Counted from the stretch's first letter, positions 25,946-45,266 are shown. The stretch: DNA of 64,000 bases from Chrysomallon squamiferum (GCA_012295275.1 CM022678.1:4216001-4280000), one strand, 5' to 3'. Made by a program: numbers and translations. Notes: generated from the sequence alone by a model not told the origin.

Positions 25946-26681
25946 AAAGTTGGTGCGTATTATGTACGTAAATGAGTATAAAATGTATGTAATGCACTTT
26001 TGTGTTAGTTAACGGTAAATGAACCAACTGTGTTTGGGAAAGATTTCTTACCTTGTGACAGACAAACAGTTAATTCTAGAACAGGAGGCTGATTCAGATG
26101 TGTTTGCAGCTCACCCTGCAGTGTAATCTGAGGATGAGATGGAGGATCAGATATCAGGTTATTATATGAACAGTGGAGTGTGGAGTATTAATGAGTAAGG
26201 GTTTGAAGAAGGTGTTCTTTTCCTAATAGTGAGGAATGTGTAAAATAATATGTAAAATAGACTTTCTACCATGTGGCTTTATGAGTACGTTTGAACACAT
26301 AGATCTAATTAACCAGAATTTCGGATCATCAAAACGCAATATGTAATCATAATTTTGACGCGTTCGAAATATCTAATCATCCAGTGATATCATTCGGAAT
26401 ATTTGATCGTCAAATGATCAGTGTATGTGATCATATGAGGACAGTTTGAGAATGTGCACTTTTCATACGCCTGTTTTCAGACATTCAAATTATCAGTGTT
26501 TATTTTCAGAATATCTGATTGACATACAGAACACTGAAATACAGCCTTTCAGGAATAAGCCATGAATGAACATATTTAATATACGTAATTATTAAATAAT
26601 TAAATTCAGAAAAAAAGAAAAAGTTAATGAGATAATTAAATTCAGGAAATGTACCAGTGTAATAAATAGGCGTTTAAAAAA

Positions 26682-26830
<149 letters not shown>

Positions 26831-27528
26831 AAAAAAAAGGAAAACAAAACAGAAGAAAATGTCTGGATTTGGATTATCATGTCACCATGCGATTATATTC
26901 AGAAAACGTGATTATCAGAGAACACATTTAGAATACGTAATTAAATTCAGTAACGTGATTTAGCTTCAGTGACTAATGGTTATATATAGAAAACTGACTA
27001 TTAATGACTGCATTCAGAATACGTGATTTTGAAGGGACTATATTAAAAAATAAAATAAAAATAAAAGTAAAAAAATAAAAAATATCATCAGTGAAAATTC
27101 ATTAAATGTAATTTTTAAGTGATTGTATTAAAAACGGTGATTGTCGGCTCGTCTTCATTAAAATTAAGGAAACAAGACTAACATAGATAATATTCAGAAA
27201 AAGCGATTATCCGTGACTTATTTTAGTAAACCTGACTATCATTCACTTCCTCAAAAAAACGGGTTTATCAGAATGTGCATTCAGCGGACGTAATTATTTA
27301 TAAGTTTTATTTTTCAGGTTACTATGCTCAGAACATCTCGTTGTCAAATTAATTACTAATAAAAACATTTTCACTGAAATAAATAAGAGTTTTCTCCCTT
27401 GGGCTGTGGCGATTTCTTTCATTATCATAATATAGTTCTCTCGTAATTTCATAAATAATAATATAAAAAAAAATAGTAGTAATAAGAACAACAACAACAA
27501 CACTAATAATAATAATAACAATAATAAC

Positions 27529-27560
<32 letters not shown>

Positions 27561-27979
27561 TAGTAATAATATTAATAATAATAATAAGCTTAATAATAAT
27601 AAATAGTGAAGATAAAATTAAAAGAAAAAATACAATGAAATCAGTTTCGTTCTTGGCTATATATAAATCTGGAATAGTTGAGGACACTATTCTAGCAACA
27701 AGTGAAGATAATTAGGTAACTTCAGATCATTGAAAAGAGAAGAGTTATCTCCCTTAGTTCTACTTCTAGTACTTTTTTTATCTTTTTAAATTTTGTTATT
27801 ATTATTATTATCATCATCATCATCATCATGATAATAATAATATTAATATTACGTTTATTGTTACAGTGTTTTCGTTCAAGGAGCAGTAATGAATAACAAT
27901 AACAATAAAATGATGTACTGAGATAAATATAATTTTTTCTTTTTTTTTAAGAAAATAATTATACATAAATGTTCTGTCT

Positions 27980-28051
<72 letters not shown>

Positions 28052-28252
28052 ATGCACACGCACACACTAATAATAATAATTCATATTCTCCTAGATTAAA
28101 TAATTCTATAGACAAACTAGATCAGTTAATGGAATTAGATGATGTTGATAGCAGCAGCAAAACAAACAAAACCAAAACAACAAAAGAAAATAATAAAAAG
28201 AGAAAAAAAAAAGTAATAAAACAATAACCCAAAACAAATACAGCCCGAGAAC

Positions 28253-28283
<31 letters not shown>

Positions 28284-28995
28284 CCACCAGAAATCAACGA
28301 CAAACAAAAAAACCCAAAACAAGAAACAAACGAAAAAAAGAAATAATAAGAATAATAATTACGATAATGACATAATGAAGTGATTGAATAAAGTAATTAA
28401 TGAAATCCCAGAGTCTATTTTTCAGCTTCTTACTTATTCAAAACAAACAAACAAAAAACATCAACAACTTAAAAACACCAAAAAACAAAAATCAAAAAAA
28501 AAAGAGAAAAAGCTATTTTATTAGCAAACTTTATGATAAACACTGTGATGGAGAACAAGAATTGTAAATAAGTTTAAAATTTATTGAGAATTCAGGGGTT
28601 TTAATTTTAATAATTTACAACAATATATAGATTTTCTTTTGTTTTTTTGTTTGTTTGTTTTTTTAAATAAAATTTATTTATACATTGTCATTCCATCGTT
28701 ATGTCACTTCTTTAATAAAATATTCATGTCACTCCTATGAAATGTCACTCTTTCGATACAGACCCGTTTTTATGTACGATAACAACAAAAACAAAAAACA
28801 GCAACAAACAAACAAGAAAAAAAAAGAAAAGAAATCTGTCTGTCTGTAGCTGAAGGTAAATAAAAGCCAGACACGCATATTAGGAAAATTCATCGTCTTC
28901 TTTGGGTGCATTTTGCGGAGTGAAACCCTTGGCGTTTTTAATAAAAAAAAAAAAAAAAAAATAATAATAATAAATAATAAATAATAATAATAATG

Positions 28996-29092
<97 letters not shown>

Positions 29093-29161
29093 CAACAACA
29101 ACAACAATAACAATAATAACAAAAATAACAACAATAATAATAATAATAATAATAAATAGTG

Positions 29162-29335
29162 TTATTTTTCACTTTTCTCTGGCAGATATTTCCTTTTCAG
29201 GAACCAATTCTGTTCATTACTCACTGGTTTTCCTCTGTATGTGAGTGGATAAATAAAATAAAACATGGAGACATTTGAAAACTGAAAAACTATCAAATCA
29301 CAGATTACTGTTCAGCAATATCCAGCAGATCTCAA
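29162..29335 (-). pseudogene. Second orphan 3' end of an SRCR-TM gene
   Basis: Terminal exon 29234-29162 reads GKPVSNEQNWFLKRKYLPEKSEK*, preceded by the TM-exon tail; same arrangement as 8978-9150. Confidence 0.7.
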
Positions 29336-29906
29336 ACTGTTCGATTTTCTAGTAAATCGATTGTAATTAAAAAAAAGTAACAACAACAACGACAAAAGAA
29401 GAAAAGAAAAGAAAAAAAAAAAAAAAAACAAATAAACATATCTGTTATTTACCTATATGTTAAAATACATGAACACAGCGTAACTAAAATTTTATTTAGT
29501 ATCCTTAAACAGCAGAATAAACATCTTAAAATAATTCCAAAATTAAATCTAAATATTTATATTTGTTTATAACGACATAGATGATGATGCTGATGATTAT
29601 AATAATAATATAAATAATGAAAATATAAATAAATAAATAATTAATAAAAATAAAAATGAAATAAACAAATAATAAACAATTAAGAAAAAAAAAATAAGTA
29701 AAGAAAGAAAAAATAAAAGAAAAACAAAGTAAAAGTAAAAAGTACAATGCTACAAGTTAGTAAGTACATTAATAATAAACGAACGAACGAATGAATGAAT
29801 GAATGAATGAATAAATAAATGAACAATGTATTTTAATTGTCATTTTCAAACACTATTCCCTTTCAAATCGAAAAACATTCTGCTCAGATCGGATGCGCAT
29901 TAACCT

Positions 29907-33903
<3,997 letters not shown>

Positions 33904-34025
33904 CTAAAAAGAGAGAAAGAAAGAAAACAATATTACTAACAAAAGAGTCGATTCTTCTTCTTTTTCTTGTTATAGTATTATTATAACTATTATCATCATC
34001 ATCATCATCATAATCATCATTATCT

Positions 34026-34057
<32 letters not shown>

Positions 34058-34160
34058 TTCATTTTCAAGCACTCTTTCTTATCTACACCTATATCAATGT
34101 ACACTAGACAAAATAATTTGAGAGGCTTTAAATCATAATAAGACAAAAAAATGTTGGATT

Positions 34161-34360
34161 NNNNNNNNNNNNNNNNNNNNNNNNNNNNNNNNNNNNNNNN
34201 NNNNNNNNNNNNNNNNNNNNNNNNNNNNNNNNNNNNNNNNNNNNNNNNNNNNNNNNNNNNNNNNNNNNNNNNNNNNNNNNNNNNNNNNNNNNNNNNNNNN
34301 NNNNNNNNNNNNNNNNNNNNNNNNNNNNNNNNNNNNNNNNNNNNNNNNNNNNNNNNNNNN
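34161..34360. other. Assembly gap (200 N)
   Basis: Run of N. Confidence 0.99.
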
Positions 34361-35307
34361 TAACACTTGAAAAACTGAAGTCCACGTGACCGTACGTTTT
34401 TTCGCTTTTCAGGTATCAGAATTAAATAAACTGCTTAAAACCTTCTCAGATTTTCTACTGAAAGCCCCCACACACAGTCTGTAAGTGACATTCTGCCAGT
34501 GAGTGATGTGCCTAAATAACTTAATGATTTTTAACAAATGTGGAGGCATAGTCAGACAATGTATAAGTAACTGGCTCTGATTTCATTTCAACAAGGGGAT
34601 TTACCAGCTTGAACAACAGCTTTGTGTTGTCAAATCAAAACTTATGACAAAAAAAAAAAAAAAAAAAAAAAAAAGATCATTTTGATCAAAAAACAAGAAC
34701 CTATAAACAGAACTGAGTAGGTTCTGTTTGCGGAGAATCGGCTTCTTCAGTCGATTTCTGATTCGGGGAGTGAATCGGATTTAATATCCACGACTTCACG
34801 AGTGGTTCGAGAGAAAACACGATCTGTTGTAATGTCTATCAGATAACGACGTCCTTCTCACAAACTGTAGGATTACAGTACAGAGATACGTGTATACATT
34901 AAATAAATACACATTTATAAATATATCAGTATGCGTAATTAAAATGCACATGACCTGTTGGTTGCTCTTAAACTTGTATCTCCAAACCGTTAAAAAAGAG
35001 GAAATATTGCTATTTTTACATTGATATGGTTTTGAAAAGGCTCTGTTGTGTTAAGAGACTTTATCGAAATATTTCCAGAAGGTTTTTCTCTCTCTTTCCA
35101 GATCTAAAGACATTTTTTTGGTTATTGAAATGAAGATAAAAAGAGAGAACTTTTGTTGTATGAATTTATTCGTACAAAAAAAAAGAAAAAAGAATTGTTC
35201 TTAGAACTAATTCGGCAGTAGTAACAAGTAGTGAATGAAAGATGTTCCTCCTAGGCATTTCTAGATCCATCATGGTTGTCTACTACCCAAGACAATTTTC
35301 TTTTGGA

Positions 35308-35486
35308 TTAATCTTCCTGTTCAATAGCATCAGGTATCTTCTGGAAACAGTTACAACAAAATTTGAAAACTTCATTTGCGGCCTCCTGTTTGTGTTTGTC
35401 TAATGAGATCTGAGAGCCTATACTAAAAAACCAGACAAAAGAACAACGATATAAATACACATACACACACCTATATATATATATAT

Positions 35487-35529
<43 letters not shown>

Positions 35530-35587
35530 TAGATTTAGATATATACATACATATACACATATCTCTGAGTAGGAATGTATGTATGTA

Positions 35588-35665
<78 letters not shown>

Positions 35666-37260
35666 TAAATATACACACACACACACACAAAACACAAAAC
35701 ACACACACACGTATGTGTGTCTTTAGCGAAGCAAATGTAAGAGTCCGAAAATATTTACATCTACTAAAGGGTTCTCTACTGTTAATGATTCAACGATAAA
35801 ATAGGTTAAAAGTTTTGAAATGTTTTTACATACACATCAGCAACAGGCTTCACAGACCCCGACTTAGAAAATAACTTTTCAGTTCCTCCCGGAAAATTAT
35901 AGCCAGTAGTATCAGTATAAGAGAGACACCAGACCTCCAAGTATTCCACCAAGTAATGTGCCAAGATTGACTGTTATTACTAAAATAGAGCAACTAAATC
36001 AGTACAGAAAAGAAAGACAATACTACTCAATTTTCTACTTTTTGACTTCTATTGCTGCTTCTACTACCACTGCTACTGCTAGTTAAACTATTAGGGCTAG
36101 TTCTACTACTACTACTACTACTACAATGTTTGAAGATCATACTACTTTGTTACATAAACTAAATTGGTATACATGACTACTGTAATGTTTTTAAGATCAT
36201 ATTACTTAGTTACATAAACGAAAATTAGTATAAATTACTACTGTAATGTTTTAAGATTATACTACTTTGTTACATAAACGAAAATTGTTATATATTTTAC
36301 TACTGTAATGTATTAAGATCATATTACTTTGTTAAATAAACGAAAATTAGTATAAATTACTACTGCAATGTTCTAACATCATATTATTTAGTTACATGAA
36401 CGAAAATTAGTATAAATTACTACTCTAATGTTTTAAGATCCTACTACTTTGTTAAATGAACGAAAAAATTAGTATACATTACTACTGTAATGTTTTGAGA
36501 TCATACTATTTTGTTACATAAACGAAAATTAGTATAAATTATTACTGTAATGTTTTAAGATCATACTACTTTGTTACATAAAAGAAAATTAGTATAAATT
36601 ACTATGATAATGTTTTAAGATCATATTACAAAGTTACATAAACGAATATTGGTATGAATTACTACTGTAATTTTTTCAGCTCCTACTTCATTGTTACATA
36701 AAGGAAAATTAATGTAAATTACTACTGTAACTTTTAATATCATACTACTTTGTTACAATAAAGAAAAAATGTATATATATCACACTGAAAAAAGTTATTA
36801 GATTTACGTCATTGCTGCAATGTAATCAGTAATCATCACTTACCTAAATCCCCCATTCTGATGGAAACAATAACTTCTATCTGCAAAATTAAGTAAGTGA
36901 ACATAAATCTATAGTGTTAATTTAACAAAATTAATAATGATTGTGATAACGATAATAATGATTATGACAGTGATGATGATATAATAAATAAATAAATATA
37001 AAGGTAATGTATATAGGTAGATACTGCATACATAATTATATAACTTGTAACAGATAAATAATTTTTGAAACAAAATAAATAAACAAGATCAGAAAAATGA
37101 AAAAAAAGGAAAAAAAGAGTTACCGTTTTTTAATCAAACACAGGACAGCAGTTACCAGTCCAAATTCAAACCTGAGAATGCCTTCGAGTCACAGATACAA
37201 AATATAAAAGCCAGTATTAAACACACTTCGATAAATTTGCACTGATGTCACTGTACCATG
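35308..37260 (-). pseudogene. Relic gene I: diverged family-like member with frameshifted TM exon and non-RING tail
   Basis: Degenerate promoter block at ~37240-37300, signal-like exon ending ~37124 without ATG, small exon 36880-36844, TM exon 35979-35834 (NLGTLLGGILGGLVS/LILILLAIIFREELK, frameshifted) and terminal exon 35422-35308 (...KFCCNCFQKIPDAIEQED*). Confidence 0.5.
36117..36770. repeat. ~61-62 bp minisatellite, about 10 copies
   Basis: Unit TACTACTGTAATGTTTTTAAGATCATACTACTTTGTTACATAAACGAAAATTAGTATAAAT in direct tandem with no spacers. Confidence 0.9.
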
Positions 37261-37337
37261 GAGATAGAAAAACAAAAGATGAAACATGAAAGAATATTTG
37301 ATTACTGTTGATTGCTTAGCTGAACGCTTGTTTAGAA

Positions 37338-37385
37338 CAGGTATGGGCAAACATTTTCGAAAAGCGGGCGACGTGAGATATAGCC
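37338..37385 (+). mobile_element. Possible hAT/Charlie-type terminal fragment
   Basis: CAGGTATGGGCAAAC preceded by GTTTAGAA (Charlie-like target site); no partner TIR seen. Confidence 0.3.
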
Positions 37386-38386
37386 CCTCCTCAGTTAAAT
37401 GTGTTTTAGTATATTAGTAGATACAAAATACACTAATTTTACAAAATCTGAATGAACGTTGTTTTACTTGAGTGGTTCAGAACTTTTTTTTACATATTTT
37501 ATATACGTTATACCGTTAATTAACTAATGCATAGAGACATACATACACACATACATACATTGACACATACATACATACTTACATATACACACATGCATAC
37601 ATTCAAATACACACATACATACATACTTACATTTAAATACCGGTAAATACCGGTTTTAGTAATTGATGGGTAATACCGTTACCGAAGCACCAATACGGGT
37701 TTTCTAAATTTTAACGAGTTATGTTGAGAGATATGTTAGTTATTAACATAAGATAACGTTAGTTACTCGGGTGTTGCTAGCGTGCCTTCAAATGCGAGTT
37801 CGATGCTCGTCTGTTTAATGTTCCACGTTTACCTGTTTTATTGCGGACGTGTGTGCCATCGTACGCCATTTTGTCGACTGGTGATAAGGGATTGGCTCCT
37901 GTTTTTTTCATTTTCATTTACTGCAGGAACTGTTATAATAATAATAATAAAAAAAATCAAATGTGTTTTAATATATTAGTAGATACAAAATAGAATCATT
38001 TTACAAAATTTGAATTAACGTTATTTTCCTTGACTGGTTTAGAACTTCTTTTACATATTTTATATACGTGATAACTTTAATTAACTAATGCATATAGACA
38101 TACATACATACATACATACATATATTTTTTCTGAAGACAGGTAAGAAAAGGAAGATAATGAATAATGTTGTCAGATGAGTGTCATATAATAAACAAAATG
38201 AGTATGTATAAGAGAAAACAGTGTCCACAAAAGCCCCGTAAGTATATTTTCCTATGCACAAACTAAATAAACCCCGTGAAAACCGGTATTGAGAATATCT
38301 GGTATTGATATTATCGGTAATTTGCAAACCATAATACATGAATACATACATACACACATACATACATACATACATACATACATACA

Positions 38387-38433
<47 letters not shown>

Positions 38434-39805
38434 GTAATTATGTGATTATAATAAAAATATACATATATATTCAAAGCATAATTTTTATTATAATCACACA
38501 TATATATATATATATATATATATTCAAAGCATAATTTTTATTATGATCACATATATATAAATAATAATAAAAATTATGCTTTCGAATTTGTTTTGCTGCA
38601 GCACGATAATGAACTTAATGCGAGTGGTTATATTTCGAAGCTCTGAGTGAATTGCATTCTAACTGATACAGTAGCATGTTTGCTAACGACTAACTATTTA
38701 ACACGTTAGAACAAAAAAAAAAAAAAAAAAAACACTGAAAGAAGAATGTTCTTGCCTTCAGCTTGTAAAATATTTCTTTCAACAAAATGCCGTGAGTTTC
38801 CCAGGGCTGGATGTTCAGGGGTTAGATGTATGTCGTGAGAAACGGGATTGATTACCGGCTCCGGAACAATACCTGTTACACAGAAAGACCTGGCGACAGA
38901 ATTCGAGCTGCAGCGTTCAAACCGCGTTGACAGATAACGCGAGTCCCTTTTCTCTTTGAATAAAAGAAGAGATTTTATTTCCTTTTTTCATTAATGTTAG
39001 GGCCCTATAACACTGTAACAGTTCAGACGGGGCCTGGGTAACTAGTTATGTGTGCAGTTGCTGTTCTGCTTGTATCACCCTTATGAGATCGTTGTGTGAG
39101 ATTACCATTGTTCTAGTACTACACTGCTATGCTGAATGTTTCACGCTAGCGCTAGTACAATGTCAAAAGTATCATATGTTTTATTTTTTTGTGTTTCTAG
39201 TGTACAGGAACGTGCTACTCTATTTATATATTCACAGATCCTTTAGAGGCAAGACAACCTGGGTATTTGAAATGTGATTTGTAATAACGGGGACGTTAGA
39301 CGTTTTTTTTATTGCAGTCCACTAGATGTAAACAGCATTGTTCACTAGGGCGAAAAAGTTCGCTATACATAAACATGGCACCTAAGACCAAATTAAATGA
39401 AATCGTTGGTCAGCGGGAAATTGAGTTATCATCAGCTAAGACATTAGGGAAATTATTATCGAATAAGTTTTAGGTGATAAGCATGATATAGAAAGAAGTG
39501 AGATTGTCCGATAGATAGAGATAAATGAGATGAGTATGGAACAACAGTTAGTACGAAAGATTAAAAACGTGCATTCGACTGAGAAAGAGAAAAAAAAATG
39601 ACAAGATAGAGAAAGAGATAGAGAAGTTAGAAATAGAGAAAGAGGAGACCCAGCCGTAGATATGTTCTTACAACTGTTTTAACGGGTCGCCAAGCAACTG
39701 AGTTTGCCGGAGTCTAAATGAACATTGTTTGGTATGCTGAGAAAAAAAATAATTATAAAGAAGAAAATGTAACAAGATAAATGTAATAACAATAACAAAA
39801 TTATA

Positions 39806-39893
<88 letters not shown>

Positions 39894-39991
39894 GTTTTAA
39901 AAGACTTGAACATAAAACAAAATACAAAAACCTATTTTATTAGCTAACTTTAGTTTCAAAACAAACCAATAATGTTCAGAAACCAATAAAA

Positions 39992-40063
<72 letters not shown>

Positions 40064-40403
40064 AAATGAACCAAACACACAAAACAGAACACTTTTTGAA
40101 TATATATTGATATATGTTAAAACAAAATAAAAGCAAAACACGCATATTAGGAAAACATATATAAAATTCATAATGGTAGAGGATATGTTCATCAACATCG
40201 TTTTTTATATATTTATTTTCTTGAGTGAAACCCTTCGCTTTTTAATTTGACATGTTTCTGTTATTTTTCACTGTTCTCTGGCAGATATTTCCTTTCAGGA
40301 ACCAATTCTGTTCATTCCTCACTGTTTTTTCTTCTATATGTGAGTGGATAAATAAGATAAAACATGGAGACATTTGAAGACTGATAAAAAGTCAACTTAC
40401 GGA

Positions 40404-41373
40404 TTACTGTCCAGCACTACCCAGCAGATCCAGAAAAATAAAGAGAATTGCTGTTGCTATAAAGAGCGGACCTCCGCACAGTCCACAAACTGTATTGGCA
40501 CTGTGTCTTCCATAATCTGAAACTAAATAAGTAAATTAATAAGTAAATATGTAAGAAATTTAAGTAAATATATAAGCAAATATGTAAATAAATAATTATG
40601 AAAGTAATAGATAAATAAGTAAGTAAGCAAACAAATATGTAAATAAATAATTATGAAAGTAATAGATAAATAAGTAGGTAAGGAAACAAATATGTAAGTA
40701 AATAAATAAGTAAGTAGAGTTCCATTCTCTGTAGTGATGGTCCTGCCACTACTATATGTTACTACTAGTAGTTCTACTACTACTACTACTGCTGCTGCTA
40801 ATACTCTGTCTGTCTATCTTTGTTACTTCTACATACTATTGCTACTGCCAACATTAGTTTTTCGTGCGTGTTACCTTTCTGTATATATCTTTGACATTTC
40901 ACTCCAACATCTTTGGAATGATCAGAGTCAGTTTGATGTACGGAATCATAGGGACAGTCTAGGATAGAGTTTTCTCTTCCAGTGCATTTAACGTCATCAA
41001 GATAAATTGGTCCAGTACCTCTCCCATACCGAGCATTTCGTATTACTTGAGCACCAGAGCTTAAAGATAATTGAATTATATATTTTGTATACAGAAATGT
41101 GAAAAAGAACATTAAGATTTTGCCAACAGAACGCGGAATGAAAAACACATTTAATAAAAGTATGTAAAAGCGGACAATAGAAATACACAGTACTATTAGT
41201 AATAGGCATTGTATCAGACGTAACAATTATGTTGTTAGCAGATACAGAAGTAGTAAAGGCTTTGATAGATACAAGTTTAAAAGACGAGTAAGGTAGTAGA
41301 GGGTGTGATTTTTTTTTTTTAGTTTTGTATTTTTTTTAATGAATTAATTAATTTATTTAATTATATTATTATT

Positions 41374-41415
<42 letters not shown>

Positions 41416-44400
41416 GATGATGTTGTTGTTGTTCTAGTAGTTATTATTTCGTAGACATTCATAATCACATCAGAAATCAGTAATTTAATCAATATTTTCT
41501 GTTCACTTAATCAAAAGGATGAAATTTTTAATTTTTAAAATTAGATTTAAATAATTCTATACAAATGCTACGTTTTTAAATGCACACAAATATCACAAAC
41601 ATCTTTCTCATTTTATATTAGATCATTTCACAGACTCGTTAAAACATCAGGAACTCATCTGAGTCTGTCTCAACTGTCTGTTTACGCAGTCCTTTAGAAA
41701 ATGTATTTGAACGTTTAGACTAATACACACTTTTCTAACTATCCAAGGTCTTCAAACAGGTAGACATTTCATGCTTTATAGGAATATGTTTAAACCATCA
41801 GAAAATAGTTTAGATGTTTTAAAATGTGTGGATTATTATAAAACTGTTTTGACTATTATACACATTATATATTTAGATTATTATGAATTGCTTAAACTGT
41901 CAAAACTGCATAGTGTATAAAACTGTTTAGACTATTTGAATGAGTTTGGACTATTACGAATTATTTAAACTATTATCAAATAACTCAACTACCAAAAATT
42001 GTTTAGACTGTAAGAACATGATTATAACACGAGATATTGTTTTAGACTCACAAAGCGAATGGAAAATAAAGTGCTTTTGCTTTGGAAAATTGTTTAGACT
42101 GTCAGAACTATCTAAACAATCAGAAAACGTTTAGATTATTACCGACTGTACCCCATCATGGCACAGACAACAGCAGCATCCTTTTCATCAAAGTTGTCGT
42201 CACAAACGGTACCCCAAGTTCCACCCACAAGAACCTCAACCCGACCCTCGGGCACAGTTCCTCCTCCATTCACTAGTCTGACATTGGCATCTGAATAATA
42301 GAAATAAGCGTCAATTAGACAAATTTGGCTTCCTTCCCTTGAGCTGAAAAAATTCTGATGTCAGTGTAAAAGAATATTTGTACTCATGGGGAAATGAATA
42401 TTTGCTCCTAGCCTTTCAGATTATTCAGGACTGAGTGACTTTCGTATTTTAAGCTAGTGATGTTTCTAAAGTTAAATGATAAACAAACGAAAATGCATTT
42501 TTAGTAGAATAATATACTTGTATTATTTCTGTGGGTGCAGGACGAAGATGTATCTGATAATTAAGAGATAAACTTTCATTCAGTGATTGCTGGTTGTGCC
42601 GGTTGCACAAGGGAAATTAGTGATTGTTATTTAGAAGCAAAGTCTTATGACTGTGAATATGGTGATAATCTTATTTCTTTGATAAACTGAGCCATCAAAA
42701 TTTGTCCATGAAAAACCATGCACTTTCATTATTTTCAAATTGATAATTGTGTCTCCACAAAGCTCAGGAATGCACCATGTTTTTTCAAAACTTTCTGCTG
42801 GGAGCATATCTCTGACTCAGTATTAGAACTTGGTGTCTTTGGTGCTCATACTCTCAATATTTGAAACCAGTTTCTGATCTGCTCTTCAGGTTACTTTAAC
42901 ACAGATGAGTTTAGAAGACTGAGTCTATGATAATGCAGATGTCAGCTCAAAGCAATGTGTGTTAAAAACATAAAACTTAATCCTCCTCATCATAATCATT
43001 GGGGTATATCAAAACGAAGAGTCTTCTCAATGGACTTATTTTGATACTTCACGTTAAAACAAGTAATTCTAGCCTTTCTATAACTACCAATATATTTGTC
43101 TACATCTCTCTTTCGATCTACATACATATCTCTACTGATCTGTATGTCTGTCTCCGTCTGTCTCTATGTATAACTGTCTTCATCAATCAATGGACCTATC
43201 GATGAACTTAATGACATGTTATTACCGACACAATTAACGCCGACATCCTCGCTATGGTCACAGTCATTAAGACCCCACGGTGGCAAGGAACACTGGTCAA
43301 GGTATTTTTCACTGCCCTGACAGTTGACGTCATCCAGCCAAATGGGTCCAGTACTTGATCCAAATCGTGCACCGGAATAGGCTCTCGCTCTTGTACTTAA
43401 AATATAAATCAGTTTTGTCAAAATGGATCCAGTAACAAATGAATACTGAAGTGCAGTGGGATATGCATTTAAACATGAAACACTTCTACTAATACTTCAG
43501 CTACTAGTAATATTAATATTAGTAATAATGTAGTAGTATTATCATTATACTCCTCAACAACATCATCATCATCATTATCATGACTGCATAATGAAGGAGA
43601 AAAGTTAATTTGCCACGAATTAACGCATGACAGTTAGTACTGTTCACTGTTATCTCACCTTGGAAGGCCTAAACTGCGGCAGACGACTTTAGCCTCAGGT
43701 GCGCCAAAGGAAGCATCACAAACAGAACCCCATTGTCCATTTCTATAAATTTCAAGTCTGCCTTTATAACTCGTTCCACCATTTACGAGTCGTATTTGTG
43801 AATGGCTAGCGTCGCCTGAATGTGTGTAAATTGATTAACAAATATACATGTCATGTAAATTTTTAATACATATATATATATGTACACAGATACAAATACT
43901 CAAATACACACACACTAACACATATATATACATTGTATAATAAACAAACAAATAAAACTAGAAAAAGACTGCTGGTAGTACTGTTATATGTCTATCCATC
44001 TACATATCTTTCTATCTGTCGTTATGTTTATTTGTGTTTGTGTTGATTCTTGCGAATATATAAACACGCACGCACACACATATGTACATATAGTGAGATA
44101 CACAGAAATATATAAAATCTTTATAAAAACGGAAACATTTTTTTCCCTTTAAAATAATTTATCTTGACAGTTGACGCTAACATCTTCTGCATGATTACAG
44201 TTGTGATCCCCCCAGGGTCGCAAAGCACACTGGTCTAGGTTTTGTTCGTTTCCGGTGCAACTGATGTCATCAAGCCAAATTGGCCCCAGACTCGGTCCGA
44301 AACGAGTTCTTGGATAAGCTCTAGCATTCAGACTTCATAAAGGGGAAAAATAAAAATAAAATACAAAATTCTAACCTTTCAAAGGTTTCTGCGAAAGATA

Positions 44401-44865
44401 CAGCAAATAATAGTAATAATAATAACAATAACAACAATAATATAGATAACAATAAAAAGAGAACAGAAGAGAATACGAAAACAAACCTCAAAAAGACATG
44501 AAGACAGTTGCCATTATAAATAAAAAGATAGCATTTGTTATTTAAAAAAAAAATGACAAGGAAACAAAATAATGTTGAGAAAAATAAAATAAAATTATAG
44601 TTTATTATGTTAAAAAAGAAACTGTTAGTTTTTATTAAGAAAGAAAACAATACAACAATTATTGTTTTGCGAAAACAAAGACAGCTATAGCTTTTTATTT
44701 TATAGAAAAACAATTGTTATCTAAAAAGTATTACTTGTCAAGATGTAGAGACCAGGAGGAATTTTGTTGACCAAGAAATGTCTTTGCCTTATTATTATTG
44801 TTGTCGTCGTTGTCGTTGTCATTGTTGTTATTATTATTATTATTATATTGTTGTTATTACTCTGA

Positions 44866-44909
<44 letters not shown>

Positions 44910-45266
44910 TTGGTATAATAACTATAATTTTTAAACATTGTTATTTTAAATCTAGTTTTAAAATTTCTGGGAGAAAAATCTAATTAAAAATGTTCATATA
45001 TAGCAAGGGGTAAAATATATTTACATTTACGTGTGTGTGGCTGTGTGTGTGTGTGCTTGTGTGTGTTTTTCAGTATGTTTGTACGTGTGCGTCAGTGTAT
45101 ATATATATATATGTATGTCTGTTGTGTTTCTTATTGTGTATGTAGACAGCTACATAGAGATCAAGACAAGAAACTAATAAAATAAATAAATTTACAAATA
45201 AATATATTTACCTGTTTTTGTCGAAGATATAAAAATTGAAATTAGAACAAATCTCAGTGAGTCCAT
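40404..45266 (-). CDS. Gene F: signal peptide, two intact SRCR domains and hydrophobic C-terminus (membrane-anchored scavenger receptor-like)
   Basis: Exons 45266-45212, [44332-44163 orphan SRCR half with donor GT>AT], 43815-43659, 43395-43226, 42290-42143, 41059-40875 and 40516-40404 ([21 protein letters not shown]). In frame if the dead exon is skipped; decayed tail exon at 40333-40261. Confidence 0.82.

Noticed and set aside
36117-36770. CRISPR-like array
   Set aside because: Units are contiguous tandem repeats without unique spacers, in eukaryotic DNA with no cas genes.
38700-39500. Relatively GC-rich unique stretch
   Set aside because: No recognisable exon, ORF motif or repeat termini; it cannot be assigned from sequence alone.
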